Of a DNA stretch of 64,000 nt, positions 34,801 through 45,625 are shown piece by piece (position 1 is the first letter of the stretch; each line of letters begins with the position of its first letter). The notes below the pieces were generated by a model. That model ran no database searches and was not told where the DNA came from. It saw only the letters and a program-made list of their open reading frames with translations. The stretch comes from Pavona decussata. Taxonomy: Eukaryota. The stretch covers positions 248,001 to 312,000 of the forward strand of contig CDRNST010000318.1 of assembly GCA_977016875.1 (NCBI GenBank). The letters are read 5' to 3'. The position numbers and the translations under genes are program-made.

Positions 34801-37017
34801 AGTGAGATAAGTCGGGAAATGCCCAGCCAAAAAACACTAAAAATCTGTCCGCCATTACTCGGTTTGCATTAGGGAAGCCTGCGATACTTTGTAAATGGTC
34901 TTCATACAAGATTTGGCTCATGACATCATATGCACATTAGTTCATGAAGTTTCATCAGTGCGAGTTAATCAATCAAGAAAAGAAATTAAGATGTCGTTGT
35001 CCTTGTCTTCTTCTTCCAGTTCTTCTGGAAGGGAAACATAGGAAAATTACCTACGTTGGTTTCGAGCATTTGTATTTAACATCACATCCCAGACATTTCC
35101 GCTAGACCCAACCCTTTTCCTCACTCAGAGCCATTATTTGCGAAATCGAGTAATGGCGGACAGCAAAAACCAAAAAACTATGTTGAAATAATCAGACTTC
35201 CCATGTGATTTTTGAGATAAAAATTGGCATGGTACCTATTTAGTTTGTATATTTTCAAAATCTGAAGAAAAAGAACATGCAAAATGTTCATGTTTGTAGT
35301 AGCACTTTGAGCCATTGAAGTTAGATATAATGTTCTTATAGGTTGAAAAAAGTCCTGGTAAGTACAGTCTAGGCAGGTATTCAAACGAAAGGATGCCATG
35401 GATATATATGGTGAGAATTTTAAGTATAATTTTTCTTCATTATGGTTTTGCTCTTTCTCTTAGCCTTCCCTATGATTTCCATCACTTAACAACATTGGTT
35501 ATATTTTTTTTACAAAAATTATATAAATGCATACTGAAGAAAAAAATTAGTCAAAGTGAGTGTTGTATTGAATAGCAAACCAACAACTAAAAGGGTCACT
35601 AAAAACTTACTTGAGTTCAGAGGGAAGGTTTGAATGCTGATAAACCAAGTCTAGCATTGAGCAAATTAGTCAGGGCTAAAAGTTTTGTGTCAAGTACTTA
35701 CTGAAGTCTGTCACAAAGCCATGTTTTGTAGCTGATTCAAAGCCAAAACTGTGGGAAAATCCTCCAGTGGGAAAAGCTGTAAATCAAAGACTCCATCATA
35801 AACATGCTCACTGAAGAAAGCATAGTTTAATTAAGGACTGGTTATGAAATCTCGAAGCCATGATAACAATGGTGCTGCAATTTATGTTGGAAGGGCCGCG
35901 ACTGTGCTTGATCCTTTGTTTTAACATTCACATGACAGTTGAATATCTTAACAGGAATGTTTCTATTGGTCATTAGTATAAATCTACTAGTGTTCTATCA
36001 CGAATGCCGTTCTCTGATTGGCTACGCTACTCGCTATCTATTTGGTGATAGATATTGAGTAGCGGTTTTCAACAAATGGCGGCCGCTTCCTCGCGTTTTC
36101 GAAGTGTCTGCGATGAGGATATAGACAGTTTACTTGTTTAATTTTGAATGACAAGTAGATTTATACTAAAACAATTAGATTCTTCGCTCTCGATTTCTAT
36201 GCGTGATAGCTGATTCGGGCTGCACCCACATGAGCTATCACGCGATAGAAATCTCGAGCTCATAATCTAATAATTGTTAAATAGTTGCTCAAACAATTTC
36301 AAAAATATCTATTGAGGACTGTGCAGGGTCAAGGTCAGAAATGCCAACAAAAACATATAAGAGAGAAGTTTACCAGGCTTCACAACCTCCCCCTTTTATT
36401 AGCTATGAAGAAGTTGTTACCTAAATTTGTAACAGCATGCCATACACTGACACAACACTGACATAATTGTAACAAATTATACCCCTTGAAGGGCTTAATT
36501 TCAGGCATAACAATCAGTGATGGTGTAAATGCCACCTTTCAAGTTGTTCAAACTCCTACAAAGTCCTATTAGGCTAAACCTGGATCCAAACAAGTCCAAA
36601 TATCATTTGATCTCCGTAAATTGAAAGGCTCACTTTACTATTGGCGATGCGATTGTTTACAAACAATGTTTTTGTTATGAAAGGAATAATAGAACTTGAT
36701 AACCCCAGTTGTTGGTTATTACAGTTTTGGGTTATATTTGGTTATTAGACAAGAGAAGCTACAACACGTAAGGATACTCTATTACAAATACCTGCCACGC
36801 CGTTACAAGAATAAAAACTATACTGATGTTTCACTATTACCCTTTAAGTCTAACTGGGGTTTATAAAGTTTGGTTACATGTAAACAGCTGATGTAAGTCT
36901 TTAATATTTACCTGAATCAGCGATCTGTAATAAAATCCATGTTGAGGATGATTCTGCCTCGGACTCTTCGTCACTAAAACGATTCATGGTTGATCCCTTT
37001 AAGGCCAGATGTTCCAT
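25812..37017 (-). CDS. ureF: Urease accessory protein UreF, 8 exons (37017-36912, 35776-35702, 34453-34412, 33709-33579, 32995-32933, 32777-32610, 26557-26505, 25914-25812), about 246 aa
   Basis: All introns GT-AG and phase-consistent. Spliced protein has WILLQIADSAFPTGGFSHSFGFESA, NHVANRASFRQGNSLL, GHFAVVFG, RTVIASAVRLGNIGPLQAQ and C-terminal TAPMADFLQGIHDNLFSKLFYS, the motifs of eukaryotic UreF. Confidence 0.93.
27189..27227 (+). promoter_or_regulatory. Putative promoter and non-coding first exon of the Mab-21 gene
   Basis: ETS-type CACTTCCG at 27189 and consensus donor AG/GTAAGT at 27222; matching acceptor ttgttgtag at 29632 just before ATG 29635. Confidence 0.5.
27615..27718 (-). mobile_element. 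tRNA-derived SINE-like repeat
   Basis: Minus strand shows gatagctcagttggtag (A box) and a degenerate B box ggattaaatccc. Confidence 0.6.
27866..28028 (-). mobile_element. Penelope-type terminal repeat fragment with decayed hammerhead core (related copies 47900-48056 on -, 54075-54190 on +)
   Basis: Parts of gaaactgcggtgctgcgtcggtg..tttggtttatca and of gctctg.cgaaggact..acgctc.aaa.gtcagcactcgaatctcttta are shared among the copies. Confidence 0.65.
28111..29421. mobile_element. Non-autonomous Tc1/mariner-type element with 29-bp perfect TIR and TA TSD
   Basis: TA|cagtaccgtgcaaatgtaagttgacagtc ... gactgtcaacttacatttgcacggtactg|TA, with dense subterminal TCGA arrays. Confidence 0.92.
29635..31527 (+). 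CDS. Mab-21 domain / cGAS-like receptor (cGLR)-type nucleotidyltransferase, about 630 aa, single coding exon
   Basis: SGS, EDIM, GPAV, C.EWP..A..W..R.R..GWP, GCHVVPK, WRYSFSFAEK.L, Y..KT.FLW.LE and HYFI...N. ATG 29635 is preferred to 29614 because an acceptor lies between them. Confidence 0.9.
   Translation: MAEAKSDGGPFEIEYPDAVPYSAWNFNIYTMLTIIKKTCFGHVKTNLHSVLKQLLPGTTQMLLEHSGSLDLDNCFLANQHFEAERVGSVPEDVPIIQPIRQPVDAEGEDIMRDVGLAFECDYNLCFKDVSASEKTPQRNESKSAKMPLQLQIVPSPSRFGYVELVVPPYVDWVPGLQNLCVEDQGRKLLSSELLIEQMYNVLTIITAILNVHRIQHHHKTDNAFKDEDNMSLANYLQYVGQAGPAVHVVMCIGDFSQKGRHLFLTEDVSMSVPCKEWPSCAKDWPTRERPSGWPPQKLIDKVTQDGCHVVPKFDASEKSSEASSNGETADDAGGIPKTQWRYSFSFAEKTLMTSITEEQKICYLIFKYLFTRYVKLESVITTYTPKTLFLWALETVPADQWTLQLIGDRVKGLMEDLRACVKNKYCQHYFISGSNTLQQMDDQSRSIKLEVGFSMFDKDMAEAPVLGSETFETTSDFPMNFMFTYKSFYTINTWLESLNAQMMAKLDAPSKLPTEQNVADLLDSSKTHPILMSEILKYLVLSDEIYGHPLPVPQSLLQHEKVTQLIKFLEKSITTTEKYKECMEELDVELKFLHLQFKIIDELEQFFKDNPSFAYSFESSSDDSGAEGDE
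35975..36282. mobile_element. Palindromic non-autonomous repeat (possibly Crypton-like) in UreF intron 1
   Basis: Internal hairpin gatttctat.cgtgatagct ... agctatcacgcgatagaaatc. Confidence 0.5.
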
Positions 37018-38709
37018 GAATATTGTTATTAAACAATACTAAAACCCTTGTCTAGAAAACATCCTCCACCGCCATGTTGGATTGAAACTAGTGCCAGTCT
37101 TCTACTCACTTCTGCGGCCTCTATGAGAATTTCGCGTCAAAAGCGCGCCGGCGTGGTGACGTCAAAGCGGGACGAATCTTTCTAAAATGAGTAAAAATTT
37201 GAAGATGTTATGTATCCAACGAGAAAATTAAATAACATAGTTAAAAAGTTGTTTCCTATATTTTTTCATCATTCATGGCCTTTTAAAAGGTAAATTTTTG
37301 TAAGCTAACATAGACGGTTTGATCTGTTCCAATTCTTAACTCAGTGAAGCTGAAAATTTAAATTGCCGAAAATTTTAGGGAACAAAGTCTTATTCCCCGA
37401 ATTTACGAGCCGCTGCTAGTTTTCCAAACATACTAGCTAGTTTTTATCACACCCTCCCCAAAACCAAAAGGGATTAGTTTTTCACAAGAGAGGATGAACT
37501 TTTTCAGTGTTGCGAAAGTTTGATGTGATCCGTTTCGCTAAAGAAAATGCTAGTTTTTCTTCATAATGTAATCCGAATTTCTGAGGCGATTTCTAACGTC
37601 TTTCCAAACAGCTTTTCCACCGAAAGGAACCATTGTGTGTCCCTGATCTGCTTTGTTTTCACAATGAACAGAATAGTATTCCGTTCATTCTGCGTCAGAT
37701 AGCGGAGTGAAGGTACAGATAAAGTTGTTTCCTAAGCCGGAATAAAATTGCAATTGCTTTATTCTTTTGCCAAGGTTTTCAGATTAACTCAGAATAGGCG
37801 GAATTGTATTCTTTTAGGAACTGATAAGATATTCTGTCTATACTGTCATTTTTGAACCCAATTGTCGTCCCAAAACCGGCCGCAATACACCTTAATCTAC
37901 TTTGTTATCTAAACCGGCAATATAGATATGATCACGGATGGATCGCTTGGATTAGGAATCCAATCAATCGGGTTGATTGAGATTTTGACTCGGAATTGTT
38001 CGTTTGTTTTTACCTATGCAGATATTCCTGGCAGAAATTTGACGGGAAAATAAAATAAACAAAGTCCATTTTTAGGTCACCACCACGATTTTTCAACTTC
38101 GAGTGATGAAAGTATAATACTCCGTATTAACAAGGCAAACCTTTACTCTTTTAGAAATACGACGCCCGCTAAAATCCAGTTGATCTAAAGTCACTTCCGA
38201 ACACTTCAAAGTTAATCGTGATATGGAAAAAATTAAGACTGTCACGTGTAATTTGGATCCTAATATGCATGTGTTTCTAAGACTGATCTTTTTAAGAAGT
38301 TTGTTAGCGCACTGTTTGTGAATTTGTTTTATTTATATATTGTACTTGAAAGAGCCACGGACAATTTATTGGAGTTGTGCGCTATAAAAAAATATATTAT
38401 TATATGTTACTATAATCTTGTTATCGCGTAATGCTATTTTTTTTTTATTTTCACTATTTTATAACTGCAAAGAAAATGCTTATCAACAAGAGTCAAGAGA
38501 TGATCCTCTCCTCTTGCGAGTGTACTGTTTGATAGCCACTAAAACTTGCATTGAATATAAGTAAATAAATAAGTCTGAAATTAATCCTTTAAATACTCTC
38601 GAAATGAGGCGAAAGAACTTGAGGCATACCGAAAATTTACAGGGCTTTCCTCCTGGTTACTCTTCAAAGTCTACATATCGATTTTATGAAGCCGATAATA
38701 CTTCAACTA

Positions 38710-38909
38710 ATAGGCCGTTTTCACGAAGGCGTCATTTTCTACAACTACTATAATCCTTCAATTTGTTGCTTTCTCTTGCAAATTAGGGATATTGTTATCT
38801 AAACCTCAGTGGGATTAAAAAATTTAAATAAGCCGGAAAGGAAAAACGAAGAGATTTCTGGTAGTTGTAGGTAAAAATTATGTAATGTCATCGTGAAAAT
38901 CGGCTATTA
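38710..38909. mobile_element. Short MITE
   Basis: aataggccgttttcacga ... tcgtgaaaatcggctatt imperfect TIR with inner ctacaactac/gtagttgtag. Confidence 0.6.
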
Positions 38910-40220
38910 ACTCTCCTTTCCCAACAGGTTAAAATAATTAAAATGGAAAACACTGGCAGATTTTACTCAGTAATTAATCAATATACACGCAAAGAGCTCA
39001 ACCTAACGAGTTTTAAACGGATTTTTATCGATAAATAGAATTTTACGCCACTTTGCAGTGTTAAGTTTTGAAATTCGGATAGATTAGATCTATCAATTTC
39101 CTCGATGTTGTCCAGTCAAACGAATTCTATTCGTTCTATAACAAATACATTGCCCTTGACACTAAAAATCACTCCAATTTTGTTTTTTCAGCAGCCGGAC
39201 TGCTTGCTCGGAAGTTTGCCAGCACTAAGTGCTTTTCAGAGTCGGCATATCAAATGGAACTTTAGCATTCATTTGCCCTGTATACTCCTTCGTTTGAGAA
39301 TAATGAAGTTTGATCGAAAAAGACAATCAAAAGTATTCAATGATGGACACTAACGTAAAATGTTATAACGCCTAATAACTCCTGCGAAACCGGTTTCTGA
39401 GTGACAGCTCTGTAAATGAAAGCAAATAAAGCACCTACAAATTTTCTCGCTAGCTGCAGAGGGAAATTTTGATGTAAGTTAATTTTTCTGTTCCTCAGAT
39501 GAATTAGGGAAATCGCGAGTGGGGTTAGCTGGCGATAAAAATGGTAAAACACAATAATACCACAAAAGGAGGTCAATACAATGAATTCAAGCAAGACCTT
39601 TGGCCCATTTTAAAAGCTTTCTGTGGTAATTCAAGAGCTAATCAAGTGAATAATGTCGCTTAATGCTTATGCGAAAAATATCAGTTTAAATAATTCTGAA
39701 ATAGCCATGTTTCGAATCTTGGAGAATAGCGTGGATTCGGAGTGAAAATCAAAAAACAGCACTCGACTACACCATCCTGTTTATTTTGATAAAGCTTCAA
39801 TAGTTTTCACACATTTCTTAATTTTTCGATTTTATTTTTGTCACGTCCATCAAGGAAGGTGTAGAGAGTTTCTTCAAACTGTATGAATAATTTATAACAG
39901 AGCACCTTGATGAATAATAATCAATCTTACAAATATGCTTTTTTAAAGAAAAAAGACTCAACTGTGTAAGGGTGATACTTAAAAAATCAGCGGGGCAGAC
40001 AATCTTTATTATTCGGTTTCACAAAACACGATGATCTTAGTGGTTTAGGTTGGAGAAATGGCCAAGTGCGTTTTAGAGTTGAAGGAAAATTCCGGATCAC
40101 CACCTGTCTTTTAATTTCAATCTTCAAGCGTTTCTTGGCAACTGGAAATATAAAACAGTAAGCGCGCGCCGCACTTGAGTAACAGCTCTTAATGCACAGG
40201 AATAAGCTCGGTTAATTTTC

Positions 40221-41498
40221 TTATAGTAATCCCAGATCTCGAAGATTATGAACCAAAAGAAAGTCATCCACTTGTTTTGAGTTGTTCCTGCACAATGCAG
40301 ATCGCCTTCGCTGTTCCCTTACCGACGTATACGGCACTTCTCTACCAGGCTTAGGAAGTTCTTCTTTTGCGCTATCGATGGAATCGATTAAAATTTGAAT
40401 TTGTGGCGTTCCTTGTGAATTAAGCGTGTCTTCATCTTCGTGGGCTAATGCGGTAGTATGATTCGTTTCAATACGATCAATTTGTATTAAAGGCGGTGCG
40501 ACATTTTGCTGTTTAACCGTATCTTTAACCCCTTCGTTCATATCCACGCTAATTTCGCATCGACTGACAGGCCTTCTGCCAAGGGAAAAATCTGCCGTTA
40601 ATAAGCTTGTCCTTTCTGGTTTGTAAATTAATGTTGACGCTTTTTCATGGCTCTGGGATGTCTGATTATTATTATTTTGTTCAAGAACGCGTCTTTCTCT
40701 TTGTAACTCTAAATTATCTGAATTGAATCTCCTCAGCACAGACCCCGTTAGAGTTTCCTTGTTATTACAAGTGTGAATAATCCTAAGATCCACCTGGCTC
40801 TCGAATTTTTCACCAAGATTCGCGTCTACGGTTTTTGACCGCCTTCTTGTTAAAACTGTCTGACATCCTAAGCAAGTAGAATCACTGATTTCCGACGGAT
40901 GCGGACTGCTAAATGATCTTCTGGGACTTCTCGCATTACTCCGGCCTTGACCAGGGGAATGCCGTGTTTGGCGTTTACCTCTCACGTACTGTTTTCCGAT
41001 AACTTGAAGACTTTGCACGAGTTCGTTATCCGCGTTCGAGTCCCTTTGTTGTTGGGCCACCACATTGGAGAATCCTGCATATTTATGCGATCTGTAATCG
41101 TCAGCTTGTTTGCTTGATTGTTCGTAGTTTGAACCCCGATTTGGCCCATTCGCTGACGCGAACAGGCCTGTCGAAAATTTCCGCGCGCGACTCAACCTCC
41201 TTGCATTTCGAACGCTGTCCTTTATCGGAGGTAGGACAGAAAATCGAGTGAATGTACCCATATTGTAGTCACTGTTCAGCAGTGGAACCTTCTCCGAGTT
41301 CTCAACTTCTCCATTGCTCTTTTCGCTTTCGGACGTAGCGGTCTTAATGTTTGGCTTCTCTCCGTCAAATCGTGATTGCCCCTCGGTCAGCTTTGCATAC
41401 TCAATTTTCGGCAGAAATAGTTTGTTGCCTTTAGGGATCTGCGGCCTGGACGTGTTCATAATGCCAAAAGCCAGCGATTCTTCTTTCAATTTGACCAT
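40221..41498 (-). CDS. Uncharacterised, largely disordered 425-aa protein (intronless)
   Basis: 1278-nt ATG-initiated ORF in AT-rich surroundings; S/R/N/Q rich; no domain recognised. Confidence 0.7.
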   Translation of the reverse strand: MVKLKEESLAFGIMNTSRPQIPKGNKLFLPKIEYAKLTEGQSRFDGEKPNIKTATSESEKSNGEVENSEKVPLLNSDYNMGTFTRFSVLPPIKDSVRNARRLSRARKFSTGLFASANGPNRGSNYEQSSKQADDYRSHKYAGFSNVVAQQQRDSNADNELVQSLQVIGKQYVRGKRQTRHSPGQGRSNARSPRRSFSSPHPSEISDSTCLGCQTVLTRRRSKTVDANLGEKFESQVDLRIIHTCNNKETLTGSVLRRFNSDNLELQRERRVLEQNNNNQTSQSHEKASTLIYKPERTSLLTADFSLGRRPVSRCEISVDMNEGVKDTVKQQNVAPPLIQIDRIETNHTTALAHEDEDTLNSQGTPQIQILIDSIDSAKEELPKPGREVPYTSVREQRRRSALCRNNSKQVDDFLLVHNLRDLGLL

Positions 41499-44078
41499 TC
41501 AAGTCTATTTGAGTTTGATATAAAGCCTCAAAGGGATTTGCGCCACTTTCTCAACTACATTTTGCATGTTTATAAGTCTCTCTTCAAAGCCATCTGTTCT
41601 GCAACATTATGTTGATCAACTTGGATCACGTGACTCGGCTTTAGACATGACCAGCTGACCTTAAGAAAACAACCATTATGAATTCTCGGCGATCAAAAAT
41701 ACACGCACGAATCCACGGTTTTGAATTTTCTGCCTTTCTTAAAACAAGTTTCTTGCTTGGGGCAAAACATTGAAGGCCATTCTTTTTAAATAATATGAAT
41801 TAAAACCGACAAATCCGCTCTTCGACAAAAAAAATTAACTACACTTGAGTCTTCTGTTCATGTCTTTCGTGTATTTGAACGCAGGTTAAAAGCAAGTATG
41901 ATTAATTAATTCACAAGGTCCGGTGTCAGTAAAAAACACAAATGAATAGGAACGGCTAGACGGAAAATCATCCAAAATCTGTGGACTTGAACACAAAACA
42001 TTTCGTCATCAATATAGATACAAGCATTTATTTAAATAGAATGATGATTTAGTTGACAGAGCCAATGTTCTTTTCAAATTTTAACATGACAATTCCCCTG
42101 TACGTTTGACATTGGCGCTGAAATTAATTCTACCAGAACAGAAAAAATTAAAACATGTTTACTCAATTCTGATTCTAGATAAATTATAAACTTTCACGTT
42201 TAATCATGGGGAGCAACAAAGAGTGGATTCACTGATTCATTCGAATCGCCTTCAAATGTCGGAATTATCTGTCAGTCAGGCATCAAACCTAATCGAGCAA
42301 GAGTCGTCTTGCCATATCAGCTTAGTTGCAGAGTCGACCGAGCAAATATCATTCTTACGAATTATTTACATATATCTATATATCTGAATCTATTTACAGA
42401 TACGGACTAAAAAGTGTCAAGGCACTTTCGCGCGTGACTGAGAATTGCGCAGTCTGACCCAGAAGGCTCAGCGGGAATGCAGGTGTGAATGTCGTTTTTT
42501 GAATGGAGGCGTGCACAGTGGCGCGGTAAAGTAAACAAAGGCAAATTTATGCATACACAGTTAGATTTAAAGCTAGAAGCTTTTGGGGCCGTGTAATTAA
42601 ATTAAGAAATATATTAAACAAACTGAATATAAACATCTTAAAATATCCCAACCGGTAGGGAGGTTTACCAGTTGGCTATTTACAAAGCGTGACCGAGGAT
42701 TTGAATATCGAACAGGGGGCTCCCGTGAAACAAATCAATTCATTCAATAGATTAATATTTTATTAATTTATTATTTCAATTTTTATAGATGGGAATGACA
42801 GAAAAATTTGTCATAAATGCATTTGCCACTCTCACAATAAAATCTTTAAATTGTAAATTTAAAAAGTTCTCTTTTAATTATATTTTCGCTTTTTCCGGAA
42901 ACCAGTTTCATACCGGTACCTGGATAGTGTTCATTTCGTCTTGGATGAGATTGTTAACAAAAAACGTTTGCGAACAAGATTTTCACCCCGGGACCAGAAC
43001 CTGTGATCACCGGGTTCTCAAAACTAAAGCCACTTTTTCAACCAATGAGAAGCAAAGCCAAAACCAATATCGCACGCGTGTTCCCGCGCTCTGCGCCGGT
43101 TGCATGTATTTACTTTGATTTCTGATTGGTTGATTGCACTGTTTGCGACTGTTGTGGTTGTATAGCCAGAGCAATTACTTTGATTTGAGTTTTACGACAC
43201 TCAAATAAAAACTGCTCTATCTCAGTTGATACTAACGCTGTGCAATTAAAACCCATAGGAACAAATGATTTTATTTGAACAGATGCTTACAGACACAGAC
43301 ATCCACAGTGCCGCCAAGGAAAGAAACCGCTACATCATGATATATTTGATTGACTTTTTCTTTTTCGTTTGTTTTTCAACTAAACGGCCATCACCTAATT
43401 GGCAGGCATTTTATTCCTTTTTTTTCTTGAAATAAGGCATCTTTCTTTGGTCTCTAAAAATGCTTTTTTCTTTATCCTTTGTCGAAACGCGGGTAGAAAA
43501 AAAGATCATGGTAATAGTACAACTCAAATCCAATTTTTTAAGAGAAACGATTTCAACTTTATTTCACCTGTCATTTAGGATGTTTGCTTTCCCTAAAATT
43601 AATTTCATTTTGGACCATATTTTAAAATTTTTTTCTCAGTTTCGAGACGAAAAAACACATTGTAGAAGTTATTATGGACGTGATACAAAGCAAAAAATCT
43701 CATTAACTTCTCTGTTTTATTCAAAACCATTCCCAACAACAGGAGCTCATAAGCAAATGATTCCTGTCCCTGTTTAACAAGGGGGAGGATTGTCAAACAG
43801 CTGTAAAAGTAATTTAACATGTCATAGCATTGTTTTAGCTAATTTGGCTGAGCTGAGGTGAAAAACAGTCTGTCGGCTGAACGTGTAGTTTGAAAAGACT
43901 GTATAGAATGGCAAATAATGGTCGCTACCATGCAGAGAGATAGAGGAAAAACCAATTTATACTCAGTCTAGTAACGATGGTATTTACACAAAAAAATGCG
44001 ACGGGCTTATGAGCAAGACCCTGAACCATTTATCCAAACAGCAAAGTGATTGCAAACTTAGCCATTTCAAGTTTAACC

Positions 44079-44981
44079 ATGTTGGTTCACTGGTATTGGA
44101 TTGTTGGATGGTTCCTCACAATTTTCGGTTTTGTTGGAAACAGCTGGGTTATTTTTGTTATCGCGAAAAGAAGAAGACTTCAAACAACAGCCAATTCTTT
44201 CATCTTGTCGCTTGCCGTTGCCGATATGACCGTCATATGCGGATATTTCCCGGTTTCTTTTGCCTGTAGTTTGTTGTTTGTGAATCTGTGCAACGATGCC
44301 ATTCGCTTTAACTTTACAAGCCTCTTTACTGAAGCCTCCATGCTCGCCTTACTTGCGATGATTGCAGAACGTTATATCGCCATAGTGTATACACTAAGAT
44401 ATGTCTGTCTTTTGACCACTAAACGGATCGTTGCCATGGTGGCGGCATCTTGGGGAATTCCAGTCTGTCTTTTCGCTGTTCGGTGGATCCACAGCATCTA
44501 CTACAGCAAGCTCTCTGCTGAAGAAGAACGCATAATTATCATAATTTACACGCTCCTGTTTGAAATAGCACCAATAATTATTCTCATTGCAACTACTTTG
44601 CATATCCTATTCATCGCTCGAAAGATTTCTCTTCAAGAGTCAGCGTTGTTGATTCAGGTTCGATTTAACCAAGCTGCAAGCTCAGTAACACTAAAGGCGG
44701 TAAAAACTGGATTAAAAATTTCCACAGTTCGGATAGTAGCGGCGGTTGTGACTATTTTCGTAGCGTGTTATGGAACTGAAATTTATGTCACAGTCTGTGA
44801 AGTGTTTGAACTGTGTCAAGTGACCGAGGATACACAAACAGCTTTCTCGTTGCTTCTCATACTAAACTCAGTACTGAATCCTCTCGTGTACGCTTTCTTG
44901 AAAAAAGATATAAAAAGAGAATTGATAGCTGTGCTTCCTTGTAGAAACAAAAACCGCATAATACGATCAGCTCTCAGGTAA
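44079..44981 (+). CDS. Class A (rhodopsin-family) GPCR, about 300 aa, intronless, aminergic/adenosine-like
   Basis: Seven hydrophobic segments; GN (TM1), SLAVAD (TM2), ERY (TM3), W..P (TM4), NSVLNPLVY (TM7). First in-frame ATG is 44079. Confidence 0.92.
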   Translation: MLVHWYWIVGWFLTIFGFVGNSWVIFVIAKRRRLQTTANSFILSLAVADMTVICGYFPVSFACSLLFVNLCNDAIRFNFTSLFTEASMLALLAMIAERYIAIVYTLRYVCLLTTKRIVAMVAASWGIPVCLFAVRWIHSIYYSKLSAEEERIIIIIYTLLFEIAPIIILIATTLHILFIARKISLQESALLIQVRFNQAASSVTLKAVKTGLKISTVRIVAAVVTIFVACYGTEIYVTVCEVFELCQVTEDTQTAFSLLLILNSVLNPLVYAFLKKDIKRELIAVLPCRNKNRIIRSALR

Positions 44982-45285
44982 TAAAAACGTTAAATCGATG
45001 AAAGGTTTTATTTTCAAATTCAAAAATTGTATTAAAACCACCAAAGAGAATTTCCAATTTGTGGAAAGATGATACGAGGGGAAGCAGCCATTATCCCGAC
45101 TGAAAAGGCTACTTGCTATGTATGGTCTCGGTTAACTTTCACAAGATATTTATTTGATGACAAAGTTAGAAATGGAAAATACCTTTCAGTAATTAGTTTA
45201 AGGTTCTTTAAAGAGCATCACACCTTGATCTTGCTGACAACCTCAGTTTTAGATCTATTCCTTTAAAAAGGAATATATATATATA

Positions 45286-45625
45286 AAAATCTGGGACCAG
45301 AAGGATAATGGCACCGGTTACACGATCGAATGGTCCATTATCAAACGAGCAAATCCATATCACGGACATCCCTCGCGCTGCAATTTGTGCTTATCTGAGA
45401 AGCTCTGCATCCTATCTGCTGACAAATCTACCCTCCTCAATAAACGATCTGAGTTAATTACAAAATGCAGGCATGAAATTAAATTCTACGCAGCCAATCA
45501 GAAGCAAGATCGCTCCAACCGCCCTCCTTAAATTATAACTCTAGAAACACCAACGGTACAGTCTGATGATCGCTTAGTGCGTGAAACTCGAGTAACTGTG
45601 TTACATTTTCTATCTTAAATTTATA
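45286..45625 (+). mobile_element. Penelope-like element 3' fragment (GIY-YIG endonuclease C-terminus plus terminal repeat)
   Basis: Frame 45286-45531 reads KIWDQKDN..YTIEWSIIKRANPY....RCNLCLSEKLCIL....LLNKRSELITKCRH; flanked on both sides by tatatataaaaa. Confidence 0.88.
45557..45600 (+). ncRNA. Minimal type I hammerhead ribozyme
   Basis: tacagt CUGAUGA t-cgc ttagt gcg-t GAAA c tcga g UA actgtg: stem I acagt/actgt, palindromic stem III CTCGAG, GUA cleavage triplet. Confidence 0.8.
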
